Below, piece after piece: positions 12,214 to 23,910 of a stretch of DNA of 64,000 bases. The notes beneath the pieces are model-generated. The model worked only from the letters and a program-made list of their open reading frames with translations, did not search any database and had not been told where the DNA came from. The first letter of the stretch is position 1; the number at the start of each line of letters is the position of its first letter. Both the position numbers and the translations under genes were made by a program. Source of the DNA: Chiloscyllium plagiosum (Eukaryota); assembly GCF_004010195.1 (NCBI RefSeq), contig NC_057752.1, positions 2,189,750 to 2,253,749 on the forward strand, written 5' to 3'.

Positions 12214-12592
12214 CATAAGTCGCAAGAGCAGAAATGGGCCATCCAACCCATTGAGTCAGCTCCACCATCCAATCTGATCATGGCTGATCATCCAACTCAG
12301 TACCTGTTTCTACATTCTTCCCATGTATTTTGATCCTTTTAGCCGAAGAACATATATCTAACTCCTTCTTGAAAATATTAAATATTTTGTCCTCAACCAC
12401 TTTCTGTGACCGAGAATTCCACAGGCTCCCACACTCTGGGTGAAGACATTTCTCCTCATCTCAGTCGCAAATGACCAACCCCAGATCCTTAGACTGTGAC
12501 CCCCTGGTTCTGGACTCCCCGGTCATCGGGAACATCCTTCCTGCATTTACCCGGTCTAGTCCTGATGGAATTCTTTAGGTTTCTATGAGATC
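12214..12592 (-). mobile_element. CR1 LINE 3' fragment
   Basis: Reverse complement of the CR1 tail (gaattccacaggctcccacactctgggtgaagacatttctcctcatctcagtc...tgaccccctggttctggactccc). Confidence 0.8.
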
Positions 12593-12671
12593 TTAATAAG
12601 TGTGTCCAATATTTTTGAGTCAAATTTATTATTGTGCCAATATTAAAATGTGTATTTTTTTTATGTTGCAG

Positions 12672-13055
12672 TCTCAGCTGAGCATCTTGGGGTCTCCGAA
12701 CCTAACGCGGTTCGACAGCAAAAGCAGCATTTTCAGTATTAGAGATCGGAAAGAACCCGGTTCAGAAACAGAATTTGCTGACGATGAGCACAGCACGGTG
12801 GAAGAGACAGATGGCAACCGGAAGAATTCTTTGTTTGTTCCGAACAGGGAACCCAACAGGAGGAATAGCTACAGTGGCTACAGTCAACCCAGCAAGTCGT
12901 CAAAAATGTTTCCCGTCCTTCCAGTCAATGTGAAAAGGAACAGCACAGTGGACTGCAATGGTGTGGTCTCACTAATCGGTGGCCCAGGAGCTACCCTGTC
13001 TGGTGGACGCCTACTGCCTGAGGTGATAATAGATAAGGCAGCTACTGATGACAGT
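12672..13055 (+). CDS. SCN8A: Nav1.6 I-II loop exon with two in-frame donors: short form ends 13022 (351 nt), long form ends 13055 (384 nt)
   Basis: Acceptor ttgcag|TCT. Encodes SQLSILGSP...SKSSIFS...[17 protein letters not shown]...[18 protein letters not shown]...GGRLLPE then [11 protein letters not shown]. Donors GAG|gtgata and AGT|gtaagg. Confidence 0.95.
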
Positions 13056-14493
13056 GTAAGGAAGTCAATAAGTAGATCAGTTTAGGCATGGCGGTCTAAC
13101 CTCTCTGCATTTATGTATGCCGCCCTTCCCAACAGAAGATGCCACTTAGGAATGGAACTTGGTTTGTGCAATAGAACCTACATGCACTTCTCCAAAGTCC
13201 AAATTGTTACCTATTAGTAAGCGTGTTCAATTGGGAACCTGTTTCTAAAACAAAACCCCTTCTGAAAATGACTTAGGATGAATAATCTCTCAACACCCGA
13301 ACCCTTTTCCACCCAAAAGCAGTGCCTTCACTGATCTCTAATCCACTGCTTAATTTATATTTGTATGCACTAACCCTCATGACAGGCCCATGAGAATTTA
13401 GAAATAACTTGGACTGTATGTGTTGACCAACTCTCCCTCTCTCTCCTTAGTGGATTTTGTAGATTGTCTGAATGAGCAGTGGGCCAAGTTGTTTTTATGG
13501 TGAACCCTTTGGAGGAACACATTGGAAATGAAAGTGAAACAAAAGCCCAATTGCATGTAATGAGATACAGATGACATCTTGACACATTAATGTACAGTGC
13601 ATTTGTTAAGGGATTCACCAAAGGAGAAATTTGATGGTTTTGTACTCCCAAAGAGCCATGCTCAAATGAAACCCAGTTAAGGAAATCAATGTGCCGTTGC
13701 TGTAACCCTAACTCTGATTGTATTCCCACTGAGTGTGGCTCCCCACTCAGAATGCAAGATTGCTAAATATATTAATGTTGCACACTGCAATTTCACTCCA
13801 ACTGTGATTAGTCATTGTGTCCCATTTCTTCTTGTGATAATCCAGGTCTTAAAACAACATATTTCAAAATGCTTGGGTGGAAAAAGGACATCCAGTTGGA
13901 TTTAATACTTATTACATTCTAAGGCATTTTCTGAGATCCTGCAACCAGCATTTAACTCCCCACTTCTCTGTCTCTTCCTAGTCCACCCCCCTCCCCTCCC
14001 ATCCAGTGAGCACATGTACCTTCAGGTCTATATCTGTAGAACTAGCATGCCAACACAGCCGTATCGAAGCTTTATGGCTAATGCATGGAGCATGAAGAGT
14101 TGCTTGTACCCAGATAAAGCTTTGTGTTAACAGAAGGTCCTAAACAGACAGTATCCTTTTCATTTGTGCTGTTTAGGGACAGACCTGATCTGCTTCAAAA
14201 TGCCAATTTTTAACATTGTGGTCTTTACTAATTCCATTGCCTGTTTATGCCTCATTTACATTGGAGAGCTGTGGACAGGCAGTTATTCTCAAATTGCATT
14301 TTTGTGCTTTTATATTTCTGGCCCAGACCTTGCTAAATGTTGCAGGAGTGGGAAGTTGGGAATGGTGGATGGGCAGGGTTCATCCTGACTGAGGCTGTGA
14401 AACTGTTGGCACTGATAGCAGGCAAGACTGCAACCCAGTCAAATTTTGCCATGAGATTGTTTGGGAGGTGATATTGCCTACCATTTATGTCTT

Positions 14494-14694
14494 CGAGGAG
14501 AAAGTGAGGACTGCAGATGCTGGAGATCAGAGCTGAAAATGTGTTGCTGGAAAAGCGCAGCAGGTCAGGCAGCATCCAAGGAACAGGAGAATCGACGTTT
14601 CGGGCATGAGGAAGGGCTTCTGCCCGAAACGTCGATTCTCCTGTTCCTTGGATGCTGCCTGACCTGCTGCACTTTTCCAGCAACACATTTTCAG
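14494..14694. mobile_element. PLE-derived fold-back element with 15-bp TSD
   Basis: 74-nt inverted arms at 14533-14606 and 14621-14694 with one visible mismatch. TSD TACCATTTATGTCTT at 14479-14493 and 14695-14709. Confidence 0.88.
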
Positions 14695-14867
14695 TACCAT
14701 TTATGTCTTATTTATTTTACAGTACCTGTTTGCAAAAGCAGGGCTGTTCTATAAATGGAGTGCCATGTCAATTTTTAATATGCTTTGCTAACAAATGATT
14801 GTGCTAACACCGATCATTTAATCTGTCCCCAATTGTAAGATTGTTTCAAAATATGTTCCTTTTTGTC

Positions 14868-15205
14868 CATGGGAATGTGGGTGTCACTGGCTGGGGCAGC
14901 ATTTGTTGCCCATCCCTGATTGCCCAGAGGACATTTTAAGAGCCAACTACATTGCTGTGGGTCTGGAGCCACATGTAAATCAGACCAGGTAAGGATAGCA
15001 CTTTCCTTCCCTGAAGGACATTAGTGAACCAGAAGGGTTTTTACAAAAATTGACAGTTTATACATGGTCGCCATTTCAGATACTTGTTTTAAATTGAATT
15101 CAAATTTCATCACCTGCCGTAGAGGGATTTGAACCCATGTCCCCAGAACATTAGTTTGGAATTTCTGGGCTATTCATCTGCTGATATTACTGGTATACCA
15201 TCTCC
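14868..15205 (-). mobile_element. tRNA-derived SINE, multi-copy family (other copies about 26520-26755 +, 30030-30300 +, 32165-32375 +, 50030-50200 +, 59945-60230 -, 61415-61655 +)
   Basis: Shared core aaacccatctggttcactaatgtcctttagggaaggaaatctgc..tccttacctggtctggcctacatgtgactccagac across copies, with a B-box-like gggttcaaatccc head. Confidence 0.75.
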
Positions 15206-18200
15206 CCAAGCAGCAGCCAGCCTCTAACTTGACCAATGTAACTGGTTACTTTAGACCTCTCTGAAATTCATCACATTCCATGAAATTGAATATGAATGTT
15301 TTTTTTAAGGAGCATTGAGAAGCTGCTGTAGCAGTACATCTGTCAGAAAGTTGTTTGCTATCACGTGCATCTGTTACAAAAACAATTTGTTTTACAGAGT
15401 TATCTGCTTCAAAAGGGGGACACAACAGTTTGGGCAAAACTTTGTGTTATTAGGTGGAAGTTAGTGGATGAATTCTGGATTCCACTGTAACTCTGGCATT
15501 GCTTTTACGTTCTCCATCAATAAATGGGCAAAGGTTTGTCAAAATAATCTCCAGTGAAGACATTTCCCACTAACATTCTTTTTATTTCTCTACGCTTTTC
15601 TCATTTTTATATATTTTTGTTTGATCAGCAAACCCTGATGACATTGTTGATATGCTGTACAGTTCAGTCCAAAAACAGCAAAATTGTTTGCTGTTTGTGA
15701 CAGGACAGAACTCATACAGGGATGTCACCAAACCTAGTGTTTAAGCAGGAGATGAATTAACAGAATCATTGACCTGAACTTCTGGAGCAAATTGAGTGAT
15801 TCATTAATAAAAGCATCTCTCTCTATTTCTCTCACATTTAGGCTCAGGCCATTATTTTCAGACAACCATCCCTTAATAATGTCATCAGTGATCATAGTAT
15901 GAACAGAAATATATTTTAACAAAAAAAAGAGAACAAGGCAGAGAAAATGCAAAAGGGTGTGAAACATGGGAAAGTTTTGCCATGAAACAAGTAAATTCTA
16001 TATTTTAGTAAGAAATGCAAAGAAGATTTAACTTTTGAACTGATTAAAATTATAAAGGATACTGTCTCTTTAACTATATCTAGCATAATGCATGAGCTTA
16101 AACTGTTTTGATGGATGTTGGTTTTTCACTATATGTGGACCAGATCACACTCAAACAAGGATTGTAAAGCCCCGTTACAAGAGGACTGTTATAGATAAGT
16201 CATTAGTTCATTTTGCTTCGAAGGCTCCATGCTGATTCCAAACAGCCTCGATTGATAGATTTGAGAGACTTTGAGATTAGTGTTGTTGGATAACAATACA
16301 ATGCTGAATACACTCGTCTTAAACTCCTATCTCTCTTGGATTAGCAAAGATTTTAATTATCCATTTGAAATGCTTAGTAGATAGGAATTTAATAAGAGAG
16401 TATTATCCATTTGTACTCTGAGCACAATTTCAAGACCAGAGCGCAAAGACGCCATGGTTAATCATTGTGCAGTTTTGCTAAATTATTCTCTTTTGGATTC
16501 TAGTCGACTTGAAGTACATTTTTGTGCTCCAGGTTTTGATCTTCAGAATGATGCAGGATCTTGGAGGTCCAAGTTACATTGCCAATTCTGTACATGGGAT
16601 ATTAAGCTTTCTGTGTACCCACTGGCACCCAAGTACTGGTTCCATTTTAGTGTAAACAGAAAAATCAAAATTCACAAGTTTAAAAGAACAGAATCCGATT
16701 GACCATCTGGAACCTTTTCAAGCATTTGCATTTGTGTGTACCAATTGTAGTTTACTGCAGTCAAGGTGCAACTCTGAATGTGTTCACCTTCCTCTTCAAG
16801 ATGGTCTCATTTTCGATAGCTTCCCCACTGAATTTAGAACAGTGTTTCAATTGCTGCAAAGCATTAACTGATTCCCATTATCACAGAACATGTTGTGTCA
16901 CTTAATTGGACTGTAACCGGATTGAAAACCGCACCGGTGCTGGTGTAACTTAGTCCCAGAGACAGGAAATGCTTTTACATTTTATGCTTCTGCAGTTTGG
17001 TCATGGGAGACCAGAATCAGTGTGTCAGCTCCCCGTGTTTACATTTCTAAAGCCAACTCCCTTATCACTGAAACAACAAAAACATGGATCTGAGCTGAAA
17101 AACATGACCTGCATTGAGTGATCTAAACTCAGGGAGCTGGTGCAAAGATGGTGCTCTCCAGTGGCTTGAAATACAGATGCAGCACACGTAAAAATGCCTG
17201 CCGATCTGATTCCAACTATCATTTATGGCAAAAAAAAATCAAGGATTGCTTTGTTGCCCAGATTACATCGTGTAGGTGAATCTTCTTCAGAACTGAATTT
17301 GCATTTTTCACCAAACTTGGCAAAATATAATTTAAGCAATCATAAAATATTCCTTCGGATACAGAGTTGAGCAACCAAATATCTTTTTGCATCTGAGACT
17401 TGGATTGGAATCCAGGAATAAGATCTTTCTCTTTTAGTTTCCCCTCCACCTTTCTTTCTCCCTCCTTTGTTCCCCTTCTCCTGCAGTCCATGTTTCCAGT
17501 AAGTGTAGGCAGTACAGATTCTGTTCCTGTTGGGCACAAGTCTGCTGCCCCCAATTCTTGTTAAATTGACATGTTTACTCCAAAGCCACCTGATGGCTGA
17601 GATGACGAATCATAACAAGACTTTAGTGTGGTCAGAGGGTGTTCTTCTGAGGTTGTGGGGGAACACATTGTTGGTTACAGCACAGAGGGAGCTTTACTTT
17701 CCATGTAACCTGGCTATTAGCTGACCTGTGAGTGCTTGATACTGATACAGAGTACCCAAAGTGTTTCATTCTGCAAAATCTACATCACTCCACTTCAAAT
17801 GGAGGCCAGGCCAGGAAATTCCTTGGAGCTGTCACAGCTCCGCCATGAGTGTGACAGAAGCCCCATTTACACAGATAAACAGGATTTCTGATTCAACTTC
17901 AGGCAAAAGGATACTAGCTGAGTGGGAGCAGTTCCAAGGAATTCCCTGGCCAAAAAATCCTCCCTGCAACATATTCTTAGTGAATGATTGTTTTGGCAGA
18001 AATTCTACATAAAATTCAGTACTTTTGAGGACGGATATGAAATGACAATTAAGCTGAAAATGATTTAGGCAACCAGGAGAGAAAGGGATATTTGGTTGAG
18101 AGATGAAGTATATCCCTGCCTGGTTTTGATTCCCACAAACATGGCCTAATTGATGCAAAGTTTTTTGCCGAGTTGCAAGTTACTGCCGTATGTCTGTCCC

Positions 18201-18879
18201 TTTATTATGCTCACTGCATTCTTCTATTCTCGCACTAATATAAACTATATATATATATATATATGCTTATACATAATGTAATGAACATTTTTGGGTTTAA
18301 CTTGTATCAGTGAAGGTATTTAGATATTTTTAATTAGAAAGGTAATCTAATTTATGGTATTTTGTAAGTCCTTTGCATGAATCTGTTCTGTTGAATGCAT
18401 AGTGTAAACTCTTGGCTGTCTCTGTTGTTTTTGAATCTCTCATTTCAATCATTTTCTCTCTTCTTTGCAGTCTCCTAATCCCAGAAATCATTTTCTCAGC
18501 TAGAAAAGAGGCCTGCCCTCACCCCTTACTGTTTACTAATATCTGTCTAACAGCTTCTGAGAAGGCACATACCACAGCAATTTGGGGACTGTCTATCTGA
18601 GTTTCTCTTCCCCCACAGGGAACCCTTCTCATATACTTGACACACTTGGCCCAACCCAAGTTCAGGAATTCACTGTGGATGGAGTGCCATGTAAGCACAT
18701 CTTTACATTCAATGGCACAGTACATTGGTATATCCCACAAAGCTCATCAAATATATCCATTTAATTTTGTAATCCCAAAACCCCAGGTGAGAGGGCATTG
18801 CCATTCCTCATGGAGTTTGGAGGGAAGGAGAATAAGCCAGCACCTTTTGATTCCCAATATTTCAGCTCGGTTCACTTGG

Positions 18880-19270
18880 TAGCCCCCTAAATCAGAAAGT
18901 TGTTCAAACCCCACTCCAAAGACTAAAGGGTGCAATCCAGGCTAACGCATTAGTGCAGCACCAAGGAAGTGTTACGTTGTCACAGATTTTGTCCTTTAGT
19001 TGAGACGTGATCTTGAAGCTCCATCCACCTGCTCAGGTAGATAAATCCCCCGGAACAGTCTGAAGAAGGTCAGGGAGTTGTTCCAGTGTCCTTGGGGCCA
19101 CCTTTCCATCGACAAATGTAACGAGAAACAGATTAATTGGTTACTCATCTCATTGCGATTTGTGGGATCTTTCTGCGTGCAAAATGGCTGTCACATTTGT
19201 CTGCATCACAGTCACTGCTCTTCAAAGGAATCGGTTGTATGTGAAATGCTATGAAATGCTTCTGACAAAC
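18880..19270 (+). mobile_element. Old Deu-domain SINE (SacSINE1/AmnSINE1-like)
   Basis: catctcattgcgatttgtgggatctttctgcgtgcaaaatggctg...cagtcactgctcttcaaagg resembles the Deu-SINE core and tail as I recall them. Related copy at 29185-29605. Confidence 0.6.
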
Positions 19271-21825
19271 TTGATATGCTACCAAACTGCATGCCTTCTT
19301 TATAATGGCTGATTCAAGCGATATAGATGGAAGCCTGGGTGTGAGCCCCTTAAATTGGGCTTACTGGGGCTTAAAGGTGGGAAAGTTAAATAATGGGAAA
19401 ATGTACATATTATTTGAACAAAAGTGTTGTACAAATATACCTACTAGGAACAGAAGCATCATCTTCTATCTAAAACTAGAAGATCCAAAATCATAATCCT
19501 GCTCAGTACTAAGTATTTTAAACTGGGGCCTTTTTGCCTTATGAGTGAGGTAGAGGAAAGAAAATCTGCAAGGATTCCTGTTGTTAACTGCTATTCACTG
19601 GGTCCTGCTGCCAAATTTGTTGAATGGTTTTGGGCAAAGGTAAGATTAGTCCTGATGCTTCCCAAGGCATAATGACTCCTGGCAGTCCGGGGCTGAAAGG
19701 AACAAATGGAAAATACTCAAGGGCAGCCAGCGCCCACATGGCTGAAAGAACTGGGCAGGAACAAAGAAAATTGGGGAAAAGCATAAAAGTATACTTGGTT
19801 GCCAAATTTGTCTCAGCTCTAACACAACTGTATTTCTTCATCTGCTCCACCTGCCATTTTGTGTTGACTTTTCAAAACACAAGTGCAAAAAAAACTGTGC
19901 TCAGTATATGACAGTGAATAATCATTGCACTGGTGTGAACGTTCAAAAAGGCTAAATTTGGGATGATGGAGATTCGTATGTTGGTGTTGCAACAAAAATG
20001 ACTTTGTTTGGACACAAGTGTGATCTGAAACAGTTTGGCAGCTGCTCTGCCACACTGCATATTTCCTCTTATTTTCTGGTTAGAATGGGGTCTTTTAAAG
20101 TTTGTGTGTATCCCACAATGAATGCTGATTTCCTTTACTGATACTTTTGACGAGTATTAGTAGATGCAGAGATTGTGGAACTGCACTGGGAAGACTGATC
20201 AGAGCCACAGTTTTCACAGTGACTGAATAAGTTGAGCGATAACATGATTTTTCATCACTTTGAAATCACATTTTGCAATTATAGACCCATTTTTGTTTCA
20301 AGACTAAATCAGTAGCTTTAGTTTATAACTTTGATCTAAAATCTATTTTATGAATGGGGGAATGGCTTGTTAATTTACATAATCTTATTAATTTTAATAT
20401 AATCCCCTTCCCTTCAAAGGCGTTTGCCTACATTCAGTTTCTTTCATCCTGAGGCATGTGGGAGAAGTGAAATACATGACTTGGCTGTCAATGTTCCACG
20501 TTAAGCTGACTATACATTTTCTGCCACAATCAGAGCACCTACTGTAGTGTGTAAATGGCATCAAGTGGTGTTGTCATATATATCAGTTTTGACATGATGT
20601 AGTTCATGAGAAGGAATTTGTCTTTTTGATGAAAACAACAGAACAGATGAACATTTGTGTTCTAAGTTCAGTTTTTAAAAATAATACAGATTTTATGATC
20701 TAATTTATCCTCTGGAATACTAACTATGTCCTGTGTTTGGGTGGAATTTTCCCTTCCGTTGAACAATGGTGAGAAAGGTGGGAAAATGCTATAAGAGAAA
20801 AAGGGAAACACGCATCTGAAGCATCTTATGGCTCTTAGCTTGCATTCACTCACTTTGCCTCTACTTGGAAGCTGCCAGCCACTGTGTACTTCACATTGCG
20901 TTATTTGAGCACACTGGCAAACTTATAGGCTGCCAGTCTCTGCATGGCTCACATTCCTTTCTTAGCACATGGTCTTCAGTGCTATATTCCAGGCTTAGAA
21001 CTCTGTGGCTTACATTGCTTTTTAGTGCAGAGGGAGAAGTAAGCAGCTTATGATGGTGGAGGTCACTGAACAGTCAATGGATGAACATTTCACTGTATGG
21101 CACTGTGCTACAGCAGTGTCAGACCTGCAGTATGTGCCAGCAGCTCACATGGCAAGCACAGTGCATTTGCTTCTGAAAGTCAGTGGGAGCAGTCATTACT
21201 TGGGTGAAGTGGGACTACCATCAGTCTGGGGGTACTCTACAGTCAGTCACATCCCCATCCAATTCCAATCTTAGGTGGCACTTTATCAAATGTTTTTCGA
21301 AGTCCATTTACACCTAATCAATAGCATTGCTCTCATCAACCTCATTTTAAAAATCTGCATCAGTCAGTCAAACACAATTTGCTGTTAACCTATCTATGCT
21401 GACTTTCCTTCATTAATTCTCATTTGCCCAAGTGACTGTTAATTTTATCCTGATTTCTACAACTGACTGTTCTGTAATTGTTGGATTTATCCTTCTACTG
21501 TTTTGGAACAAAAGTAGTTTTGAACAATATTTGCAGTTCTCCAGTCCTCTGCTCTGGCGCCAGCTCTGTATCTGAGGGAGGATGGAAGATTGTGGCCAGT
21601 GCTTACACTATTTCCAATCCCATTTCCCTCATTATCTTGGATATATTTTACCCAGCCCTGGTGACTAAGCAACTTAGCAACCTATCTCATACCTCTTTAT
21701 TAATTTTTAGCCCATCCAGTGTCTCAATGGCCTTCTCTTTCCCCGTTTTGGCAGCATCTTCTTCCTTGTTATCGAGTGAAAGTACTCATTTGGTACCTCA
21801 GCCACACCCTCTGACTCTATGCTTA

Positions 21826-21960
21826 CTTAAGCGAAAGTGAGGACTGCAAATGCTGGAGATTAGAGTCAAGAGTGTGGTGCTGGAAAAGCACAGCAGATCA
21901 GGAAGCATCCGAGGAGCAGGAGAATCAGGATTCATGCAGGGCTTTTGCCCCACACTCTAA
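21826..21960. mobile_element. Short PLE terminal-repeat insertion with 12-bp TSD
   Basis: aaagtgaggactgcaaatgctggagattagagtc...gctggaaaagcacagca...gcatccgaggagcagg...gggcttttgccc. Direct repeat ACTCTATGCTTA at 21814-21825 and 21961-21972. Confidence 0.75.
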
Positions 21961-22717
21961 ACTCTATGCTTAATTAGCTTTGTTGCTCCTTAATAAACCT
22001 TGGTCCTCCTTTTACTACTTATATGTTTACAGAAAACTCTTAGATTCTCTTTTATGTGTACTGCCAACTTTTTCTCATACTCTTCTTTGCGCCTCTGATT
22101 ATTTTACTTTCCTTCTGGATGTTTTGTGTTCATTTCCATCTTCATTCCTTCAGGAGAGGAAAGGTAGAAAACTTTGCTACATTGAAGAGGGAAGAACAAG
22201 GTCGATTCCAGACTTGGCCTTTAAAAACATTTTTTGGCAACAATGGCAATTAATGGTACAACTTCATAAAGCATGTTGATTGCTAAGTGGGCATTTTGTC
22301 TCCCCCTCCTCACTCTGATTCCTTGAACTACAGACATGCAGGTTACATGGAGAAGAGACTAAAAATGGCATCTTCAACCATGTCCTAAAGCTATGAGCTG
22401 AATGAAAGTGGTCACAAAGTTCAGACATTTGTTATTTTAATCTGCACTCTTCTGCCTCTGGCCAGCATTTACTTGGCAAGGAAGCTATTATTGCTAGCCT
22501 GATCAGGCCAAAATCACTGATCAGGTGCTGATTTTGTCATCAGATCCCAATGCACATGTTTAACGAGATTCCTTCAGCTTGGTGAATTGACTTCTGAATT
22601 ACAGCCATACAAACCAGAGGAGAGAATGAGTGGACAAAACAGACAAATTTTCAGCAGGGGTCCTCAAACTGCTAATTTGCATACGTGACCTGTTAGCATC
22701 TATTTCAGACAGGTTTT

Positions 22718-22799
22718 AGATTAGATTAGATTACATTAGATTAGATTACATTACAGTGTGGAAACAGGCCCTTCGGCCCAACAAGTCCACACCGACCCG
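22718..22799 (-). mobile_element. 82-bp CR1/HE1-type 3' tail flanked by a 45-bp direct repeat
   Basis: Minus strand gggtcggtgtggacttgttgggccgaagggcctgtttccacactgtaatg...(tctaa)n. Identical 45-mers at 22673-22717 and 22800-22844. Confidence 0.85.
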
Positions 22800-23364
22800 T
22801 AATTTGCATACGTGACCTGTTAGCATCTATTTCAGACAGGTTTTCTCCACATTCCTTTATTGCCTTATTCAAGGGATTTGAGCAGAACTGCATTTTGGGG
22901 ACTGTTTCAACAAATTTCTATTATTTCCCAATGGGTCCCCTCCATTTTCACAGGTTAATGAAGGTAGCAGCCCAAAGCATGATTGAACTGTGATCTTGTC
23001 CATGTTGGCCGAATACCAGTTGTTACCATCTAGTGGATTCAGTTTCACCTTTACAGCAGAATAATACATTGCCCATCATTTGGTTCTTGTCAAACATATC
23101 TGACTCAAGAGCCCTCGATATTAAAATATTGACTACAAATCCACAGTAGGAGCAAGAATAGGTCATTCAGCCCTTTGAGCCTGCCCCACCATCCAGTTAA
23201 GTTGTGACTGCTCTTCTCCTCAAAGCCACATTCCTGTACCATTTCATATCCTGTAATGTCCATTAGCTTCCCAAAACCTATTCATTTCTGTCATAAACTG
23301 ACTCAGCGATTGACCTTCTGCAATTGTTCAGGTCTTCAATTTTGTTGAAATCCAAACCATAGAG

Positions 23365-23910
23365 TGAGTGCACCAAAGGTTCATCAGACTGATCCCAGAG
23401 ATGGCATGATTGTTGTACGAGGCGAGATTGAAGAGACAAGACCTGTATCCTCTAGAGTTTAGAAGAATGAGTGGTGAGCTCATTGAAGCTTCCCAAATTC
23501 TGACAGGACAGATGTGAATAATAGCTAGCAATAATAGCTTCCTTGCCAAGTCTAGAACCAAAGGACACAGTCTGTGAATTAAGAGGCAGGCCTTGTAGCA
23601 CAGAATCACACAAATGTTGCAAGGCGAGAGGAGACTATTTGGCCCATCATGTAAGCCTGAGAGGAGGAGAAATTTCATCCTTCACTTGCTACAGTGAGTC
23701 TTGGAATTCTCTACTCCAGAAGACTGTGGAAGTTCAGTCATTGAGTATATTCAAGACAAACATTGAGAGATTTCTCAAGGCAGTCATTAAATGAGGTGGG
23801 GACAATGTGGATGGAAAAAATAGTGTTGAGGTTGTGGACCAGCCATGATCCAATCGAATGGCAGCGCAGGGTGAAGTGGCTGAGTGGCTCTTATTTCCTG
23901 TGTTTCCATG
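23365..23910 (+). mobile_element. CR1 LINE 3' fragment, decayed
   Basis: gtgcaccaaaggttcatcagactgatccc...tctagagtttagaagaatgagtggtga...tggaattctctactccagaagactgtgga and a CR1 tail. Confidence 0.75.

Noticed and set aside
15571..15700. Long pyrimidine tract and AG at 15627-15628 as a possible cryptic exon
   Set aside because: No convincing donor nearby and no supporting motif cluster; likely chance in AT-rich intron.
22673..22844. Repeat-spacer-repeat pattern resembling a CRISPR unit
   Set aside because: Only two repeats, a eukaryotic context, and the spacer is a retroposon tail; explained as a TSD.
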